A stretch of DNA of 64,000 nt, taken from an uncultured Gemmatimonadales bacterium. Its GTDB lineage: Bacteria; Gemmatimonadota; Gemmatimonadetes; Longimicrobiales; Longimicrobiaceae. The stretch is from positions 4,288,001-4,352,000 of the forward strand of contig OY970303.1 in assembly GCA_963716255.1 (NCBI GenBank), read 5' to 3'. A program made the translations under genes and the position numbers. Numbering within the stretch: position 1 is the stretch's first letter; each line of letters opens with the position of its first letter. This document shows positions 9,067 through 20,490 of this stretch, piece after piece. Below the pieces are notes generated by a model that did no database searches, was not told the DNA's origin, and saw only the letters and a list, made by a program, of their open reading frames with translations.

Positions 9067-10542
9067 TCAGGCGATCATCATCATCGGGTCTTCCAGGTAC
9101 CCCTTGAGCGTCTGGAGGAACTGCGCCCCCGTGGCCCCGTCGATCACCCGGTGGTCGCAGGTGAGGGTGACGTGCATCCGCGGACGGACCGCCACCTCCC
9201 CGTTCACCGCAACCACCCGGTCCTCCACCGCGCCCACGGCAAGGATCGCCGCCTCGGGCGGGTTGATGACCGCGGTGAACTGCTCGATCCCGAACATCCC
9301 CAGGTTGGAGATGGAGAAGGTGGAGCCGCTGTACTCCTCCGGCTTCAGCTTCTTGTCGCGGCCGCGCCCGGCCAGCTCCCGGACCTCCGTGGCGATCTCC
9401 CCCACGCCCTTGCGGTCCGCGTCGCGGACCACCGGGGTGATGAGCCCCTCGTCCACCGCCACCGCCACGCCGATGTGCACCGCGTCGTACAGGCGGATGG
9501 CGTCGCCCGTCCACGAGGCGTTCACGAACGGGTGCCGCCGCAGCGCCGCGGCCACCGCCTTGATGATCAGGTCGTTGGGCGAGACCTTGATCCCCCGGTC
9601 GGCGAAGCGCTCGTTGATCCGCTTGCGCAGCGCCATGGCCTCCCCCATGTCGATCTCCACCGTGAGGTAGAAGTGGGGGACCGGGCCGGAGGAGAGCGCC
9701 AGCCGCTTGGCGATCGTCTTCCGCATCTGCGTGAGCGGGTGGTCGTGCGACGCGGCCGCGGGAGCCGCGGCCGGAGCCGCCGCCTGCGGGGCCTCCGCCG
9801 CGGGAGCCTGCGCCGCCGGGGCGGGGGCCGCGGTCTCCGCCGCCGGGCGCTGCGCCCCGCCCCCGCCCCCGGCCGCCTGCTGGATGTCGCGCTTCACGAT
9901 GCGGCCGCCGGGGCCGCTCCCCTGCAGCCCGGAGATCTCCACCCCCGCCTCGGTCGCCAGCCGCCGGGCCAGCGGGGACGCACGCACGCGCCCGCCCGCC
10001 TGCTGCCCGTTGCCGCCGCCGGCCGCCTGCACGATGGAGGGCTGCCCCTCCTGCGTGGCCGCCCGCGTCCCGGAGTCCGGGGTGGGCGTGGGAGCCGCGC
10101 CCGCCGGGGTTGCCTCCCCGGGGGTGCCGCGCTCCGCCTGGTCCTCCTCCGTCTGGCCGGCCGCCGCCACCGCCGCCGCGCCCCGGCCCACGTCGCCGCC
10201 GGCCGCCGCCGCCTCCGCGCGCCCCGGAGCCGGGGCCTCCGCGGTGGAGGGCGCCTGCGAGGCCGCGGCCTCCGCGCCGCCCGTGAGCGCCGACACGTCC
10301 TCGTCCGCGCCGGCGATCACCGCGATCACCGTCCCCACGTTGGACGTGTCGCCCTCGCCGATCATGCGCTTGCGGAGCACGCCCGAGCCGCGCGCCACCA
10401 GCTCCATGGTCGCCTTGTCCGTTTCCACCTCGGCGAGGACGTCGCCCTCCTTGACCTCGTCGCCCTCGTTCTTGAGCCAGGTTACGAGCCGCCCCTCCTC
10501 CATCGTGGGGGAGAGCGCTTCCATGTAGACCTTGGTTGCCAC
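9067..10542 (-). CDS. pdhC: Pyruvate dehydrogenase E2, dihydrolipoamide acetyltransferase
   Basis: Lipoyl motif ETDKATME; E3-binding ASPLARRLA; catalytic DHRVIDGA. Confidence 0.95.
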   Translation of the reverse strand: MATKVYMEALSPTMEEGRLVTWLKNEGDEVKEGDVLAEVETDKATMELVARGSGVLRKRMIGEGDTSNVGTVIAVIAGADEDVSALTGGAEAAASQAPSTAEAPAPGRAEAAAAGGDVGRGAAAVAAAGQTEEDQAERGTPGEATPAGAAPTPTPDSGTRAATQEGQPSIVQAAGGGNGQQAGGRVRASPLARRLATEAGVEISGLQGSGPGGRIVKRDIQQAAGGGGGAQRPAAETAAPAPAAQAPAAEAPQAAAPAAAPAAASHDHPLTQMRKTIAKRLALSSGPVPHFYLTVEIDMGEAMALRKRINERFADRGIKVSPNDLIIKAVAAALRRHPFVNASWTGDAIRLYDAVHIGVAVAVDEGLITPVVRDADRKGVGEIATEVRELAGRGRDKKLKPEEYSGSTFSISNLGMFGIEQFTAVINPPEAAILAVGAVEDRVVAVNGEVAVRPRMHVTLTCDHRVIDGATGAQFLQTLKGYLEDPMMMIA

Positions 10543-10561
10543 GTGTCTCTCTCCTCGGCTC

Positions 10562-11542
10562 TCAGCGGTACAGGACCTGGTTGACCTTCTGCACGACCAG
10601 CTCCGCGCTCGGCTTCGCCGACTTTTCCAGCCCCTTGGCGTAGGGCATGGGCACGTCCGCCTGGGTGACGCGGAGCACCGGCGCGTCCAGCTCGTCGAAC
10701 GCCTCCTCCTGGATCAGCGCCGCCACGGTGGCGGTGATCCCGCCGTACGGCCACCCCTCCTCCAGCAGCACCACCCGGTTGGTCTTGGCCACGGTGTTCA
10801 GGATGGCCTCGGTGTCCAGCGGGCGCAGGGAGCGCAGGTCCAGCACCTCCGCGTCGATCCCGTCCTTTTCCAGCTGCGCCGCGGCCTGCAGCGCCACGTG
10901 GATCATCTTGCCGTGGGTGATGATGGACACGTCCGAGCCCTGCCGCTTCAGGTCCGCGACCCCCAGGGGGATGACGTAGTCGTCGTCCTCGGGGACCTCG
11001 CCCTTGAGGTTGTACAGCATCTCGCCCTCGAACACCGCCACCGGGTCGTCGTCGCGGATGGCCGCCTTGAGCAGCCCCTTGGCGTCCGCCGGGGTACCGG
11101 GGACCACCACCTTGACCCCAGGGTAGTGCACCACCTGCGATTCCAGCGCCTGCGAGTGCTGCGCCGCCAGCTGCAGCGCCGCGCCCGTGGGCCCGCGGAA
11201 GGTCACCGGCATGCGGAACTGGCCCCCGCTCATGGACCTCATCTTGGAGGCCGAGTTGAAGATCTGGTCGAACGCCAGGATGGCGAAGTTCCAGGTCATG
11301 AACTCGATCACCGGCCGCAGCCCCACCATGGCGGCGCCCGTCCCCAGCCCGGCGAAGCCCAGCTCGGTGATGGGCGTGTCCACCACCCTCATCTCGCCGA
11401 AGCGGTCCAGGAGCCCCTTGGACACCTTGTACGCCCCGTTGTAGACCCCGACCTCCTCGCCCATCAGGAAGACGTCCGGGTCCCTTTCCATCTCCTCGGC
11501 GAGGGCCTGGTTCAGGGCCTCGCGGTACGTGATCACGGCCAT
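10562..11542 (-). CDS. pdhB: Pyruvate dehydrogenase E1 beta subunit
   Basis: [23 protein letters not shown]. Confidence 0.95.
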   Translation of the reverse strand: MAVITYREALNQALAEEMERDPDVFLMGEEVGVYNGAYKVSKGLLDRFGEMRVVDTPITELGFAGLGTGAAMVGLRPVIEFMTWNFAILAFDQIFNSASKMRSMSGGQFRMPVTFRGPTGAALQLAAQHSQALESQVVHYPGVKVVVPGTPADAKGLLKAAIRDDDPVAVFEGEMLYNLKGEVPEDDDYVIPLGVADLKRQGSDVSIITHGKMIHVALQAAAQLEKDGIDAEVLDLRSLRPLDTEAILNTVAKTNRVVLLEEGWPYGGITATVAALIQEEAFDELDAPVLRVTQADVPMPYAKGLEKSAKPSAELVVQKVNQVLYR

Positions 11543-11556
11543 TTGGATGATTCCTT

Positions 11557-11682
11557 GGGAGTTCCCCGGCCTGCGGCCGGGTCGGGCTCTATTCTGCCGG
11601 ACACGAAACCACCGTGTCCGGCAGAACGGAGCCCCGCGGTACTGCTGCGGGTCTCCGCCCTTCGGGTTGCGATCCCTAACTC
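11557..11682 (+). repeat. Family A element, strongly diverged copy between pdhA and pdhB
   Basis: GGGAGTT...GTCGGGCT...ATCCCTAACTC; same hairpin layout with different stem sequences. Confidence 0.75.
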
Positions 11683-11691
11683 GACTGCGTT

Positions 11692-12859
11692 CTACCGGCG
11701 GCCGTCGAAGTAGAGGCGGCCGTTGACGTCCTCGGTCGAATAGATGTCGGTGTACAGCTCGTCCAGCTCCGGCTCGGGCGAGCTCTCGGCGAACTCGGCG
11801 GCCTCGTCGGACAGGCGCTTCACCTCCTCGTCCTGCTTCTCCAGCTCCTCCTGCGACAGGATCCCCTCGCGGGCGAGCAGGTCGGCGTAGATGCGGATGG
11901 GGTCCTTCTGCTTCTCGCGCTCCACGTCCTCCTTGGTCCGGTAGACGCCGGAGACCGGGTCGGACATGGAGTGGCCCACGAAGCGGTAGGTGCGCGCCTC
12001 GATCAGCGTGGGGCCCTCGCCGGCGCGGGCGCGGTCGGCGGCCTCCCTGGACACGCGGTACATGTCCAGCACGTCCATGCCGTCGGCGATGGCGGCGGGC
12101 ATGGCGTAGGCGCTCGCCTTCTGCGAGATGTCGTACAGCGAGGAGGCGCGCTCCCACGCGGTCCCCATCCCGAAGCGGTTGTTTTCCACGATGAGCACCA
12201 GCGGCAGCTTCCACAGCGCCGCCATGTTCAGCGACTCGTGGAAAGCGCCCTGGTTCACCGCGGCCTCGCCGCAGTACACCTGCATCACCTTCTTCTCGCC
12301 GCGGTACTTGATGGCCCACGCGATCCCCAGCGCCAGCGGGATCTGCGCGCCCACGATGCCGTGGCCGCCCATGTAGCCGTTCTCGGCCGAACATGTGCAT
12401 GGAGCCGCCCTTGCCCTTGGAGGTCCCGGTAGCGCGGCCGTACAGCTCCGCCATCACCGGGCCCGGGTCGATCCCCATCTGCAGGGCGTGCACGTGCTCG
12501 CGGTACGCGGTCATCACGTAGTCGCCCTTCTCCAGCGCGTGGATCGCCCCCACCGCCACCGCCTCCTGCCCGATGTACAGGTGGCAGAAGCCGCCGATCT
12601 TGCCCAGGGCGTACGCCTCCGCGGTCTTTTCCTCGAAGCGGCGGGCCAGGAGCATGTCGTACGCGATCCGGCGCAGCTTCTCCTCCGGGAGCGATTTGAG
12701 CAGCGCCGCGTCCGCGTCGGCCGGCTTCTCGGCCTGCTGCCACTCGCGGTCGGGGCCCTTCTCGCCGGCCGCGTGCTGCGCGTCGGCCGCGTCGGGCTGC
12801 GCGTGGTCTTCGCGGGGCTCGGGGCGGGCCTCGCCCTTCTTGGTCTTGGTCTCTGCCAT
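11692..12859 (-). CDS. pdhA: Pyruvate dehydrogenase E1 alpha subunit, frameshifted near 12385
   Basis: [15 protein letters not shown]...GKGGSMHMF in one frame; GGHGIVG...[12 protein letters not shown] in another. Confidence 0.9.
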
Positions 12860-12909
12860 CGTGTTGGTCCGGACGTTGGCGAATCTGGTCAGGATGAACA
12901 GGTGCCCTG

Positions 12910-13476
12910 TCAGAGCACCCGCTCGTAAACGTCGCGCAGCGCGAGCGTGCAGGCGATGGAGTCCAGCCGCAGGGCTGCGTCCAGCCCGCTCGTCTCGCTG
13001 AACAGCCAGAGCCCTTCCGACTGGCGGGCGTAGCGCTCCACGCGCGGCTCGTCCTGCTTCAGGAGCAGGTAGTCCATCAGCGTCGGGATGCGGCGGTAGT
13101 GCTCCCACTTCCCGTTGTGGTCGAAATCCGCGGTGGAGGGGGACAGCACCTCCACGATCAGCACCGGGTTCAGGAGCGTGTCCTGGTGCTCGTCCTCCAG
13201 ACGCGAAGAGCCGCAGGCCACCACCACGTCCGGGTAGAAGTAGGCGCCCGTGCGCTCCACCTTCACCCGCATGTCGCTCATGAACGGCTCGCACGGTCCG
13301 CCGCGGAGCTGCCCGTGGAGCAGGACCCCGACGTTCATGGCGATCCGGTTGTGCTTCCGGCTCGCCCCGGTCATGGCGCGCACGTCGCCGGCCAGGTACT
13401 CGCTCCGGTACTCGGCCGCGCGCTCGCGGACCAGGTACTCCTCGGGCGACAGCGTGGGCGTGTAGGTGGTCGTCAT
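12910..13476 (-). CDS. Uma2 family putative endonuclease
   Basis: [39 protein letters not shown]. Confidence 0.9.
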   Translation of the reverse strand: MTTTYTPTLSPEEYLVRERAAEYRSEYLAGDVRAMTGASRKHNRIAMNVGVLLHGQLRGGPCEPFMSDMRVKVERTGAYFYPDVVVACGSSRLEDEHQDTLLNPVLIVEVLSPSTADFDHNGKWEHYRRIPTLMDYLLLKQDEPRVERYARQSEGLWLFSETSGLDAALRLDSIACTLALRDVYERVL

Positions 13477-13496
13477 GGCCGCGGCGCTCCCGTGGT

Positions 13497-14633
<1,137 letters not shown>

Positions 14634-14882
14634 ATCCCTTCTCCCGGGGCGGGCCGGACCCGTCCCCAACGTGAGCTTCGCGGAGCGCGATCTCCGGCGG
14701 AGCGGGGGGGTGCGCCGGTGAATCCGGCTCACCGGCCGCAACATCCATTCCCCGCCTCGTTCCGGAGCCCGGAAACTTACCCCGGGGTGATCCGCAATGC
14801 AACGCCGGGCGGGGGGCGGGGTTCGGCGCACCACATGGTTTCGGCCGGGACATGGACACGCTGCCGGCGGGCGACGTTCCGC

Positions 14883-17480
14883 CTATCGCCCCGACCTCCG
14901 GACGCGGCTCCTGGCCAGCACCAGCATCCGGTTCACCGGCCCGCAGGCGCCGAACGGGTGGACGTGCGCCTCGAGGATGTCGTTCGCGCGCGAGCCCACC
15001 ACCAGGGCGGCGCAGTCGTGGGAGATGAAGGCGGGGTCGGCGCCGTCGCCCATATAGCGGCCCAGCATCTTCCCGGTGGACGCATCCCACACCCGCGTCC
15101 CATCCGCCTCGCCGATGCTCACGACCAGTGCCCCGTCGGCGGAAAAGAAGGCGTGGTGGACTCCCGCCTCGTGCCCGAACAGCTCCAGGGGTGCGCCCCC
15201 CCCGCGAAGGTCCCAGATCCGCGCCAGCGCATCGCGGCTCGACGCGATGAGGCGGCCGCCGTCGGGGCTGAAGGCGAGGTGCAACACGCGCGTCGCACCC
15301 GCCGTGAGCACCGTGTCCAGGACGAGACGCCTCGCATCCCACATCCGCACCTTCCCGTCCTGGCCCCCCGTGGCGATTCGGAGTCCGTCCGGGCTGTACG
15401 CGGCGGCATAGACAGGTCCCACGTGTCCCCCGAGCGAGCCCACGACACGTCCAGTCGCCACCTCCACCACCAGTGCCGCCGGCTCGCCTGCCGTGAGGTC
15501 CGGGCTGCCGAGCGGGACCAGGAGCCGTGCACCGTCGGGGCTGAGCCGCCCGGACAGGTCTCCCGGCGGGGGCGGTCCCGGCACGTCGGCTATGGTGCTG
15601 AGATCGAGCGGGCGCCCCACCACGGCTCCGGTCCTGGCGTCCCAGGTGACGTAGCGGAGCCCACCCACCCACGCCACCACCCTGCGGCGGTCGCCGCTGA
15701 GCGCAGGCACCCTCAGCGGCTTCTCCGCGCCCCCGAGCCGGGGGAGCGACACCCCGTACCGGAGGCGGAAGAGTTCCGCCGGGCGAGCGGGCTTCGCGAG
15801 CCTGGTGCCTGGCTCCCACAGGCGAGCCTTTCCGTTGGCCGACACGCTCGCCACGTACCCGCCGTCAGGACTCACGGCCACCCCTTCCACGGCCGTGGTG
15901 TGCCCTCGGAGCACAGCCAGCTCCTCGCCGTTCGCCGTCCAGAGCCGGACGGTGCGGTCGTCGCTCCCGGTGGCGATGATCCGGTCCTGGGCACCGAACA
16001 CGGCGACGTTGATGGCGAGCCGGTGCCCGGTCAGGTGCCACGAGTCCTGCGAGTCGACGAGGTCCCACACCCGGGCCACCTTCTCGCCGATCGCGCTGGA
16101 TCCGCCGCCGCTCTCCGTGAAGAGGTCCTTGGCGGCCCAGGTGACGGCGCGCAGGCCGAATGCGCTCGCTGCCACGCCCGCCACCGGCTCGATCCCGTCG
16201 GGGAGGCGGCGGAGGACGCGGCCGGTGCGCGCCTCGCGAATCTCCTGGGGGCTGAAAAGCAGCATCGGATCCTCCTTCCACACCTCCATCGCTACTTCCA
16301 CTGCCTCTCTCGTGTCGGCGACCGCCGTGTCGGCCGGTGCGGGTAGGCAGCTGCGAGCGTCCAGGAGCCGGCCGTCCGCCGTAGCCACGAGGGCGCCCTC
16401 CTTGACGAAGCGGCCGTCCGTCCCCCCGCCGATCCGGCAGCCGGCCGCGCCGGTCGTGCCGTCCCACAGCTGCAGGTACGCACGCGCGCCGTCCACGACC
16501 ACGCGGGTAAGGATCAGTCTTCCGTCGGGGGAGAACGCGGCCGAAGCGATCCGCCCCGGGTCGGGCACCAGCTCGGCGCGGAGGGTGGAGCGGACGAGAG
16601 ATTCGCGGAGCGCCGCCACCGCGTCGGACGTTTCCGCGATCCCCACTGCCTCCATGGCGCGCTGCAGGCTCAGCCGTGGGTCCATGTCCAGTCCCGCCAC
16701 GGCCTGCGCGGCGCGCCCGCGCGAGCGGGCTTCGTCGCGCTGGACGATGGCGGCGCGGGCGGCGGCGACGGCCGCCGCCGTGAGCGCCACCAGCAGCAGG
16801 GAGGCCGTCCACGCCAGCCGGCGGGTCCGCCGGGCGATCCGGACGTCCTCGCCGATCAGCTCTTCCTTGCTCTTCCCGTGGAGGGTGGCGGCCAGGTCGG
16901 CGACCTTGCCGCGGAAGTAGGGGTTCTGGAGCGAGAGGTCTTCCTGCGTCTTCGCGTCGCGCAGGTCCACCCACAGCGGCTCGTGCGCGAAGACGTCCCG
17001 GAACAGCCGGGTGGGGAGGGCGCTGGTCCGCTCCGGATCGAACCCGCCAGCCTCCCTGTCCCAGTGGATCTCACCGCCGGTCAGGACGATCAGGAAGCGC
17101 CCGGCCGCCGTCCCTTCCCGCGCAGCAGGGGACCTGGTGAGCCAGTGGTCGACCTCGTCCCCCACCCACACGGACCGCGCGGCTTCGGGCGAGGCCATCA
17201 GGATGAAGTAGCGTGAGCGGTCCAGCGCCCGCTGGATGGACGGCCACAGCTCCGGCGTGGCCGACGTCCCCGTTTCGTCGCGGAACACGCGGAGCGCTCG
17301 CGGCCGGAAAAGCGGCCGGGCGAGGCGGTGGAGACCCTGCTGTATCCTGGGAGCGAGACGCCCGTCGGCGGCGTGGCTGTACGAGATGAACGCGTCGAAG
17401 AGCAGGTCCTCGCGCGTGGGGCGGCGACCGAACGGGAGCCAGGGGCGCCTCGGGGCGGCCGGCGTGGCTGTCGTGGTCAT
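14883..17480 (-). CDS. TIR domain - transmembrane helix - WD40 repeat protein
   Basis: FDAFISYSH...SVWVGDEV (TIR); hydrophobic helix; multiple GH...FSPDG...WD repeats. Confidence 0.88.
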   Translation of the reverse strand: MTTTATPAAPRRPWLPFGRRPTREDLLFDAFISYSHAADGRLAPRIQQGLHRLARPLFRPRALRVFRDETGTSATPELWPSIQRALDRSRYFILMASPEAARSVWVGDEVDHWLTRSPAAREGTAAGRFLIVLTGGEIHWDREAGGFDPERTSALPTRLFRDVFAHEPLWVDLRDAKTQEDLSLQNPYFRGKVADLAATLHGKSKEELIGEDVRIARRTRRLAWTASLLLVALTAAAVAAARAAIVQRDEARSRGRAAQAVAGLDMDPRLSLQRAMEAVGIAETSDAVAALRESLVRSTLRAELVPDPGRIASAAFSPDGRLILTRVVVDGARAYLQLWDGTTGAAGCRIGGGTDGRFVKEGALVATADGRLLDARSCLPAPADTAVADTREAVEVAMEVWKEDPMLLFSPQEIREARTGRVLRRLPDGIEPVAGVAASAFGLRAVTWAAKDLFTESGGGSSAIGEKVARVWDLVDSQDSWHLTGHRLAINVAVFGAQDRIIATGSDDRTVRLWTANGEELAVLRGHTTAVEGVAVSPDGGYVASVSANGKARLWEPGTRLAKPARPAELFRLRYGVSLPRLGGAEKPLRVPALSGDRRRVVAWVGGLRYVTWDARTGAVVGRPLDLSTIADVPGPPPPGDLSGRLSPDGARLLVPLGSPDLTAGEPAALVVEVATGRVVGSLGGHVGPVYAAAYSPDGLRIATGGQDGKVRMWDARRLVLDTVLTAGATRVLHLAFSPDGGRLIASSRDALARIWDLRGGGAPLELFGHEAGVHHAFFSADGALVVSIGEADGTRVWDASTGKMLGRYMGDGADPAFISHDCAALVVGSRANDILEAHVHPFGACGPVNRMLVLARSRVRRSGR

Positions 17481-17601
17481 GGGGAGGAGGGGAGAATGAT
17501 CGGGCAGGAGCCGGCGCCTGAGAGACGCGGGGCGCCGGCCTGTCCCCCGACAATGTAGTGGATGGGCATCCGCGGGAAAGCCGTTTCTTTCCCTGCCGCC
17601 G

Positions 17602-18096
17602 TCACCACCCCTCGCTGCCGGGCTCCCCCTTGAACGGGCCCACCACGCGCGAGGTGATCCACCCCCCGTAGAAGCCGCCCGGCTGCGGAACGACGCGCTC
17701 GCCGTCCACCGTGCATTCGTCCATCACCGCCGGGTAGAAGGCGAGGTGGTCGCGGAGCGCCTCGTACCCGGGGAGCGGCGCGGGGTAGCTCCACGCGGCG
17801 CGCGGCCGGAGCACGCCGCCCCCCTCCACGTCCCAGTATCGGGCCAGCCCCTTCCACTCGCACAGGCTGGACCCCCTCGCCTCGCGCAGCGCACCGGGGA
17901 GCACGTCCTCCGGCGGGAAGTAGTAGACGGGCGGGTGCGTGGTTTCCAGCACCCGGATGCCGCGGTGCGTCTCCGCCACGGCCACGCCGCCCAGGACCAC
18001 GCGCAGCCGGCGGCCGGCGGGCTCGACGCGGGGCGGGCGCGGGTAGTCCCACACGGATTCCTGCCCGGGCTCGGGCTCCACGCGGTGGATGGACAT
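17602..18096 (-). CDS. DUF427 domain protein
   Basis: ESVWDYPRPP; ETTHPPVYYFP; CEWKG; QPGGFYGGWIT. Confidence 0.88.
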   Translation of the reverse strand: MSIHRVEPEPGQESVWDYPRPPRVEPAGRRLRVVLGGVAVAETHRGIRVLETTHPPVYYFPPEDVLPGALREARGSSLCEWKGLARYWDVEGGGVLRPRAAWSYPAPLPGYEALRDHLAFYPAVMDECTVDGERVVPQPGGFYGGWITSRVVGPFKGEPGSEGW

Positions 18097-18237
18097 CGCT
18101 CTCGGGTCGGGGATGAAGGGCCGGTGCCGGAGCCGGCGGGCGCAAACCGCGCGCCGCGCCCGCGCCGTGAACGGGCACCGGCCGATGGAGCTCCATCGGC
18201 CGGTGCGGTACCGCGTCTCCTGCCTGCGGCTTCCGGC

Positions 18238-18717
18238 TCAGGCCCGCTCCCAGAAGGCGGGCGGCTCGATCCCCAGCGCCCGCAGGTACACGTACCCCTG
18301 GCCGCGGTGGTGGATCTCGTTGTCGATCACGTACCAGACCAGCGCGTACACCGGTCCGGGCCACTGCCCGAAGGCGTTGTCCTCCTCCTGGAAGCGCTGC
18401 GGGGTGAGCTGCGGCCACACCCGGTCCATCTCTGCGGTGTCCTCGTCCCACTGGCGGAGGATCTCCGCCTTGGTGGTCGGCTTCACGGCCGTGGGCGCGG
18501 TCCACTCCCCGGTGGCCGCGCCCCGGGCGGTGGGAGCCGCCATGCGGATGAACTCCCAGGCCAGCTCCCCGAAGGTGCGCATTCCGCCGAGGGTGAAGCT
18601 GAACAGCGCGTCCTCGGGGAACGCTTCGATGACGCGGCGGGTGAGCTCCCGGTGCCCCTGCCAGTGCTTCAGCAGCTGCTCGGGGGTGATGACGGCGGCG
18701 GGTGCATCGGGTGCCAT
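18238..18717 (-). CDS. DinB family protein
   Basis: DNEIHHRGQGYVYLRALG. Confidence 0.88.
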   Translation of the reverse strand: MAPDAPAAVITPEQLLKHWQGHRELTRRVIEAFPEDALFSFTLGGMRTFGELAWEFIRMAAPTARGAATGEWTAPTAVKPTTKAEILRQWDEDTAEMDRVWPQLTPQRFQEEDNAFGQWPGPVYALVWYVIDNEIHHRGQGYVYLRALGIEPPAFWERA

Positions 18718-18810
18718 GGCGGACCTCCACTGGACGGGTGAGGGCGATCAGGAGGGTACGGCGGCCCGAAGATAAGGCGAAGATTCGTGGACGGCAAGCG
18801 ATCGCCGCGG

Positions 18811-20475
18811 CTATTCCAGCAGGGCGCGCGAGTCCGCCGGGTCCACGCCGGCCGGCAGGTCCAGTCCGCCGGCCGCCAGCCGGCGCGCCGCGGCGGCTTC
18901 GGCGCGCCCGTCCCCGGCGTCCGCCGCCCACTGCGCGTGGCGGGCGAGGAGCCCGGCCTCCACCGCGCGTCCCAGCGTCAGGGCGAAGCGGCGCGCCCCC
19001 GCTTCGGTCTCCTCCCGCCCGGCGACCGCCGCGGCGCCCAGCCACTCCCCGGCCCGGTCGGCCGCGGCGAGCGCCTTCCCCGCCACCGCCGAGAGCCCGG
19101 GATCGCGGATGGCCGCCGCGCAGCGCTCCAACTCCGCGCGCACCGGCTCCACGCCCCCGGCGGACCGCATGGCCCGCAGCGCGTCCAGCGCCAGCACGTT
19201 GGTGGTCCCCTCCCAGATGGCGAGCACCTGCGAGTCGCGCAGGAGCACGGGGATCCCCGTGTCCTCCACGTACCCCGCGCCCCCGAACGCCTCCACGACT
19301 TCGCTCGCCACCGCGACCGACTGGCGCGCCGTGGTCAGCTTGGCGAGCGGCGTGAGGACGCGCAGCAGGCGCGCCTCGTCCTCCGTGGCCTCCCCCGCCT
19401 CCGCCGCGCCCAGCAGCTCCACCGCGCGGAAGGTGAGGTGCAGCGCCCCCTCGAATTCCGCCTGGAGCCCGGCCAGCGTGTCCACGTGCAGCGGCTGCTC
19501 GGCCAGCGGCGCGCCGAACGCCACCCGGCGCCGGGCGTAGTCGCGCGCCAGGGCCGTGCCACGCCGCATCAGCGCCACCGCGCTCACCGCGTTCCAGGTG
19601 CGCGTCACGTTGAGCATGGGGGCGATGCTGCGCACCCCGTTGTCCAGCCCGGCCACGGGAACGGCCGGCGCCCCGTCCAGCGTCAGCTCGGCGGTGGGGA
19701 GCTTGCGCGTCCCCAGCTTGTCCTTGAGCCGGTCCACGCGGATCCCCCGCAGCCGCCCCTCCGCGTCGCGCGTCTCCACGTAGAAGAGGGCCAGCCCCTT
19801 TCCGCCCGGTCCGTTCCCCTCCGGCCGCGCCAGCGTCAGCGCCATCTGCGAGGCCGCGGCGGAGGTGAACCACTTGCGTCCGTACAGCCTCCATGTGCCC
19901 TCCGCGTCCCGCCGGGCCACGGTCTCCGAGCGGCCCACGTCGGAGCCGCCCGTGGTCTCCGTCATCCACTGCCCGCTCGTCCAGAACCGCGCCGGGTCGC
20001 GCGCGGTGAGGCGCGGCACGGCGCGCTCCACCAGCTCCCGGTTCCCGGAGGCCAGCAGGGTACGCGCGGCGCCGTCGGTCATCGCCAGCGGGCAGGAGTA
20101 GATGTCGGTGGACGGGGTGAACAGGTAGGCCAGCGCGAACTGGTGCACGCGGGAGAAGCGGCCGTGCGCGCGCTCGTACGCCGCGGCGACCACGCCGTGC
20201 TCCGCGGCGATACGCTCCCCCTCGCGCCAGAGCGGCGTCGGCTCGATGGCGTCCACGCGCTCGCCCCAGGCGCTCCACTGGGTGAGCCGCGGCTCGCTCA
20301 GCCGGTCCGCGAGCTGCGCCGGGTACATCTCGGCGGAGATGCGCCCCATCTCCCGCAGCGAGGGTTCCACGTCGCGCAGGATCTCCGGCGGGAGCAGGCG
20401 CGCGAGGAGCGAGCGGAGGGCGCGGTCCTCGTCGTACTGGTTGCCGAGCGCCGGCGCGTCCTGGAGGAAGGGCAT
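18811..20475 (-). CDS. Acyl-CoA dehydrogenase family protein (AidB-like)
   Basis: GQWMTETTGGSDV; KWFTS; LKDKLG; IWEGTTNV. Confidence 0.92.
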   Translation of the reverse strand: MPFLQDAPALGNQYDEDRALRSLLARLLPPEILRDVEPSLREMGRISAEMYPAQLADRLSEPRLTQWSAWGERVDAIEPTPLWREGERIAAEHGVVAAAYERAHGRFSRVHQFALAYLFTPSTDIYSCPLAMTDGAARTLLASGNRELVERAVPRLTARDPARFWTSGQWMTETTGGSDVGRSETVARRDAEGTWRLYGRKWFTSAAASQMALTLARPEGNGPGGKGLALFYVETRDAEGRLRGIRVDRLKDKLGTRKLPTAELTLDGAPAVPVAGLDNGVRSIAPMLNVTRTWNAVSAVALMRRGTALARDYARRRVAFGAPLAEQPLHVDTLAGLQAEFEGALHLTFRAVELLGAAEAGEATEDEARLLRVLTPLAKLTTARQSVAVASEVVEAFGGAGYVEDTGIPVLLRDSQVLAIWEGTTNVLALDALRAMRSAGGVEPVRAELERCAAAIRDPGLSAVAGKALAAADRAGEWLGAAAVAGREETEAGARRFALTLGRAVEAGLLARHAQWAADAGDGRAEAAAARRLAAGGLDLPAGVDPADSRALLE

Positions 20476-20490
20476 GTGCGGGTCTCCGGG

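Noticed and set aside
12375..12395. Programmed frameshift in pdhA
   Set aside because: No slippery heptamer or homopolymer; an error is more parsimonious
10562..13294. 910-aa PdhA-PdhB fusion ORF
   Set aside because: Artefact of the pdhA frameshift and stop-poor GC-rich sequence
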